Assembly: GCF_003334355.1 (NCBI RefSeq)
Contig: NZ_QOWP01000106.1
Origin: Escherichia coli
GTDB lineage: Bacteria > Pseudomonadota > Gammaproteobacteria > Enterobacterales > Enterobacteriaceae
Length of the DNA: 464 bases
Reading direction: 5' to 3' (one strand)
In this document: positions 1-464 of the stretch, piece by piece
How the letters are laid out: the number at the start of each line of letters is the position of its first letter
Numbering within the stretch: the stretch's first letter is position 1
The notes under the pieces: generated by a model
Seen by the model: the letters and a program-made list of their open reading frames with translations, nothing else
Databases searched by the model: none
What the model was told of the DNA's origin: nothing
Program-made: the position numbers and the translations under genes

Positions 1-63
1 ATGACTGGGGTGAAGTCGTAACAAGGTAACCGTAGGGGAACCTGCGGTTGGATCACCTCCTTA
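1..63 (+). rRNA. rrs: 16S ribosomal RNA, 3'-terminal fragment (5' part lies upstream of the window)
   Basis: Seen in sequence: universally conserved 16S 3' end GTCGTAACAAGGTAACCGTAGGGGAACCTGCGGTTGGATCACCTCCTTA. The anti-Shine-Dalgarno core CCTCC is at 56-60 and the mature 3' end ...CCTTA is at 63. The helix-45 GGAA loop is at 37-40, with adjacent adenines 39-40 matching E. coli A1518/A1519. The 5' boundary is truncated by the window. Confidence 0.95.
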
Positions 64-131
64 CCTTAAAGAAGCGTTCTTTGAAGTGCTCACACAGATT
101 GTCTGATGAAAATGAGCAGTAAAACCTCTAC

Positions 132-208
<77 letters not shown>

Positions 209-225
209 AATTTGCACGGCAAATT
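209..225 (+). other. Small A/T-rich hairpin in the tRNA-Ile to tRNA-Ala intergenic spacer
   Basis: AATTTGC (209-215) pairs with GCAAATT (219-225) around the 3-nt loop ACG. Alternatively a 6-bp stem with a 5-nt loop. It starts immediately 3' of the tRNA-Ile CCA end. Confidence 0.25.
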
Positions 226-250
226 TGAAGAGGTTTTAACTACATGTTAT

Positions 251-326
251 GGGGCTATAGCTCAGCTGGGAGAGCGCCTGCTTTGCACGCAGGAGGTCTG
301 CGGTTCGATCCCGCATAGCTCCACCA
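251..326 (+). tRNA. alaT/alaU/alaV: tRNA-Ala, anticodon TGC (UGC), with encoded 3' CCA
   Basis: The acceptor stem is 251-257 (GGGGCTA) paired with 316-322 (TAGCTCC) and contains the G3-U70 wobble (G253-T320), the classical alanyl-tRNA synthetase identity element. The anticodon stem is CCTGC (277-281) / GCAGG (289-293), with loop TTTGCAC and anticodon TGC at 284-286. T loop TTCGATC, discriminator A323, CCA at 324-326. Confidence 0.97.
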
Positions 327-352
327 TCTCTGTAGTGATTAAATAAAAAATA

Positions 353-386
353 CTTCAGAGTGTACCTGCAAAGGTTCACTGCGAAG
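353..386 (+). promoter_or_regulatory. Imperfect stem-loop with GCAA tetraloop directly upstream of boxA; boxB-like element of the spacer antitermination region (tentative)
   Basis: Hand-folded. The outer stem pairs 353-356 (CTTC) with 383-386 (GAAG) and 359-362 (AGTG) with 377-380 (CACT), separated by a 2x2 mismatch. The inner stem pairs 364-367 (ACCT) with 372-375 (AGGT), closing the GNRA-type loop GCAA at 368-371. A hairpin followed by boxA is the arrangement in rrn leader and spacer regions. Confidence 0.4.
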
Positions 387-389
387 TTT

Positions 390-402
390 TGCTCTTTAAA
401 AA
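390..402 (+). promoter_or_regulatory. Spacer boxA-like transcription antitermination element (binding site for the NusB/NusE-containing antitermination complex)
   Basis: The motif TGCTCTTTAAAAA at 390-402 matches the rrn boxA core GCTCTTTAACAA at 11 of 12 positions, and lies in the expected place between the spacer tRNAs and 23S. The call rests on the motif alone. Confidence 0.6.
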
Positions 403-430
403 TCTGGATCAAGCTGAAAATTGAAACACT

Positions 431-448
431 GAACAACGAAAGTTGTTC
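431..448 (+). other. Perfect 7-bp hairpin with GAAA tetraloop in the distal spacer (probable precursor-rRNA structural or processing element)
   Basis: GAACAAC (431-437) is the exact reverse complement of GTTGTTC (442-448), closing a GNRA tetraloop GAAA at 438-441. A T430-G449 wobble could extend the stem. Function is not determinable from sequence. Confidence 0.3.
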
Positions 449-464
449 GTGAGTCTCTCAAATT

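Noticed and set aside
1-63. ATG at the first three bases of the window as a possible CDS start
   Set aside because: The following sequence is the invariant 16S rRNA 3' end, so the ATG is coincidental and there is no coding gene.
339-350. A-rich tract TTAAATAAAAAAT after tRNA-Ala as a promoter or terminator signal
   Set aside because: It is not a U-tract on the transcribed strand and no -35/-10 pair is evident. It is most simply AT-rich spacer sequence between tRNA-Ala and the antitermination hairpin.
339-386. Possible minus-strand intrinsic terminator (the 353-386 hairpin followed on the minus strand by the T-rich complement of the A-tract at 339-350)
   Set aside because: The hairpin is imperfect with internal mismatches, and it sits inside a + strand rRNA transcription unit where it is better explained as the boxB-like element. 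No minus-strand gene exists to terminate.
236-436. 66-aa ORF on the minus strand from the six-frame track
   Set aside because: It runs antisense across the whole tRNA-Ala gene and the boxA region inside an rRNA operon spacer. It has no recognisable protein features and is the kind of chance ORF expected in non-coding sequence, so it is not a gene.

Overview
This window is a segment of a ribosomal RNA operon on the + strand, not a novel system. It holds the last 63 nt of 16S rRNA (1-63), then the 16S-23S internal transcribed spacer carrying tRNA-Ile(GAU) (132-208) and tRNA-Ala(UGC) (251-326), followed by spacer sequence with a boxA-like antitermination motif (about 390-402) and several small hairpins. 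The 23S gene is not reached. From memory the sequence looks like the Ile/Ala-type spacer of Escherichia/Shigella (rrnA/rrnD/rrnH class), but I cannot run a search to confirm this or to pick the operon copy. There is no protein-coding gene; the single 66-aa minus-strand ORF on the track is antisense to tRNA-Ala and is spurious. The findings below are known or minor structural details of a very well-characterised locus.
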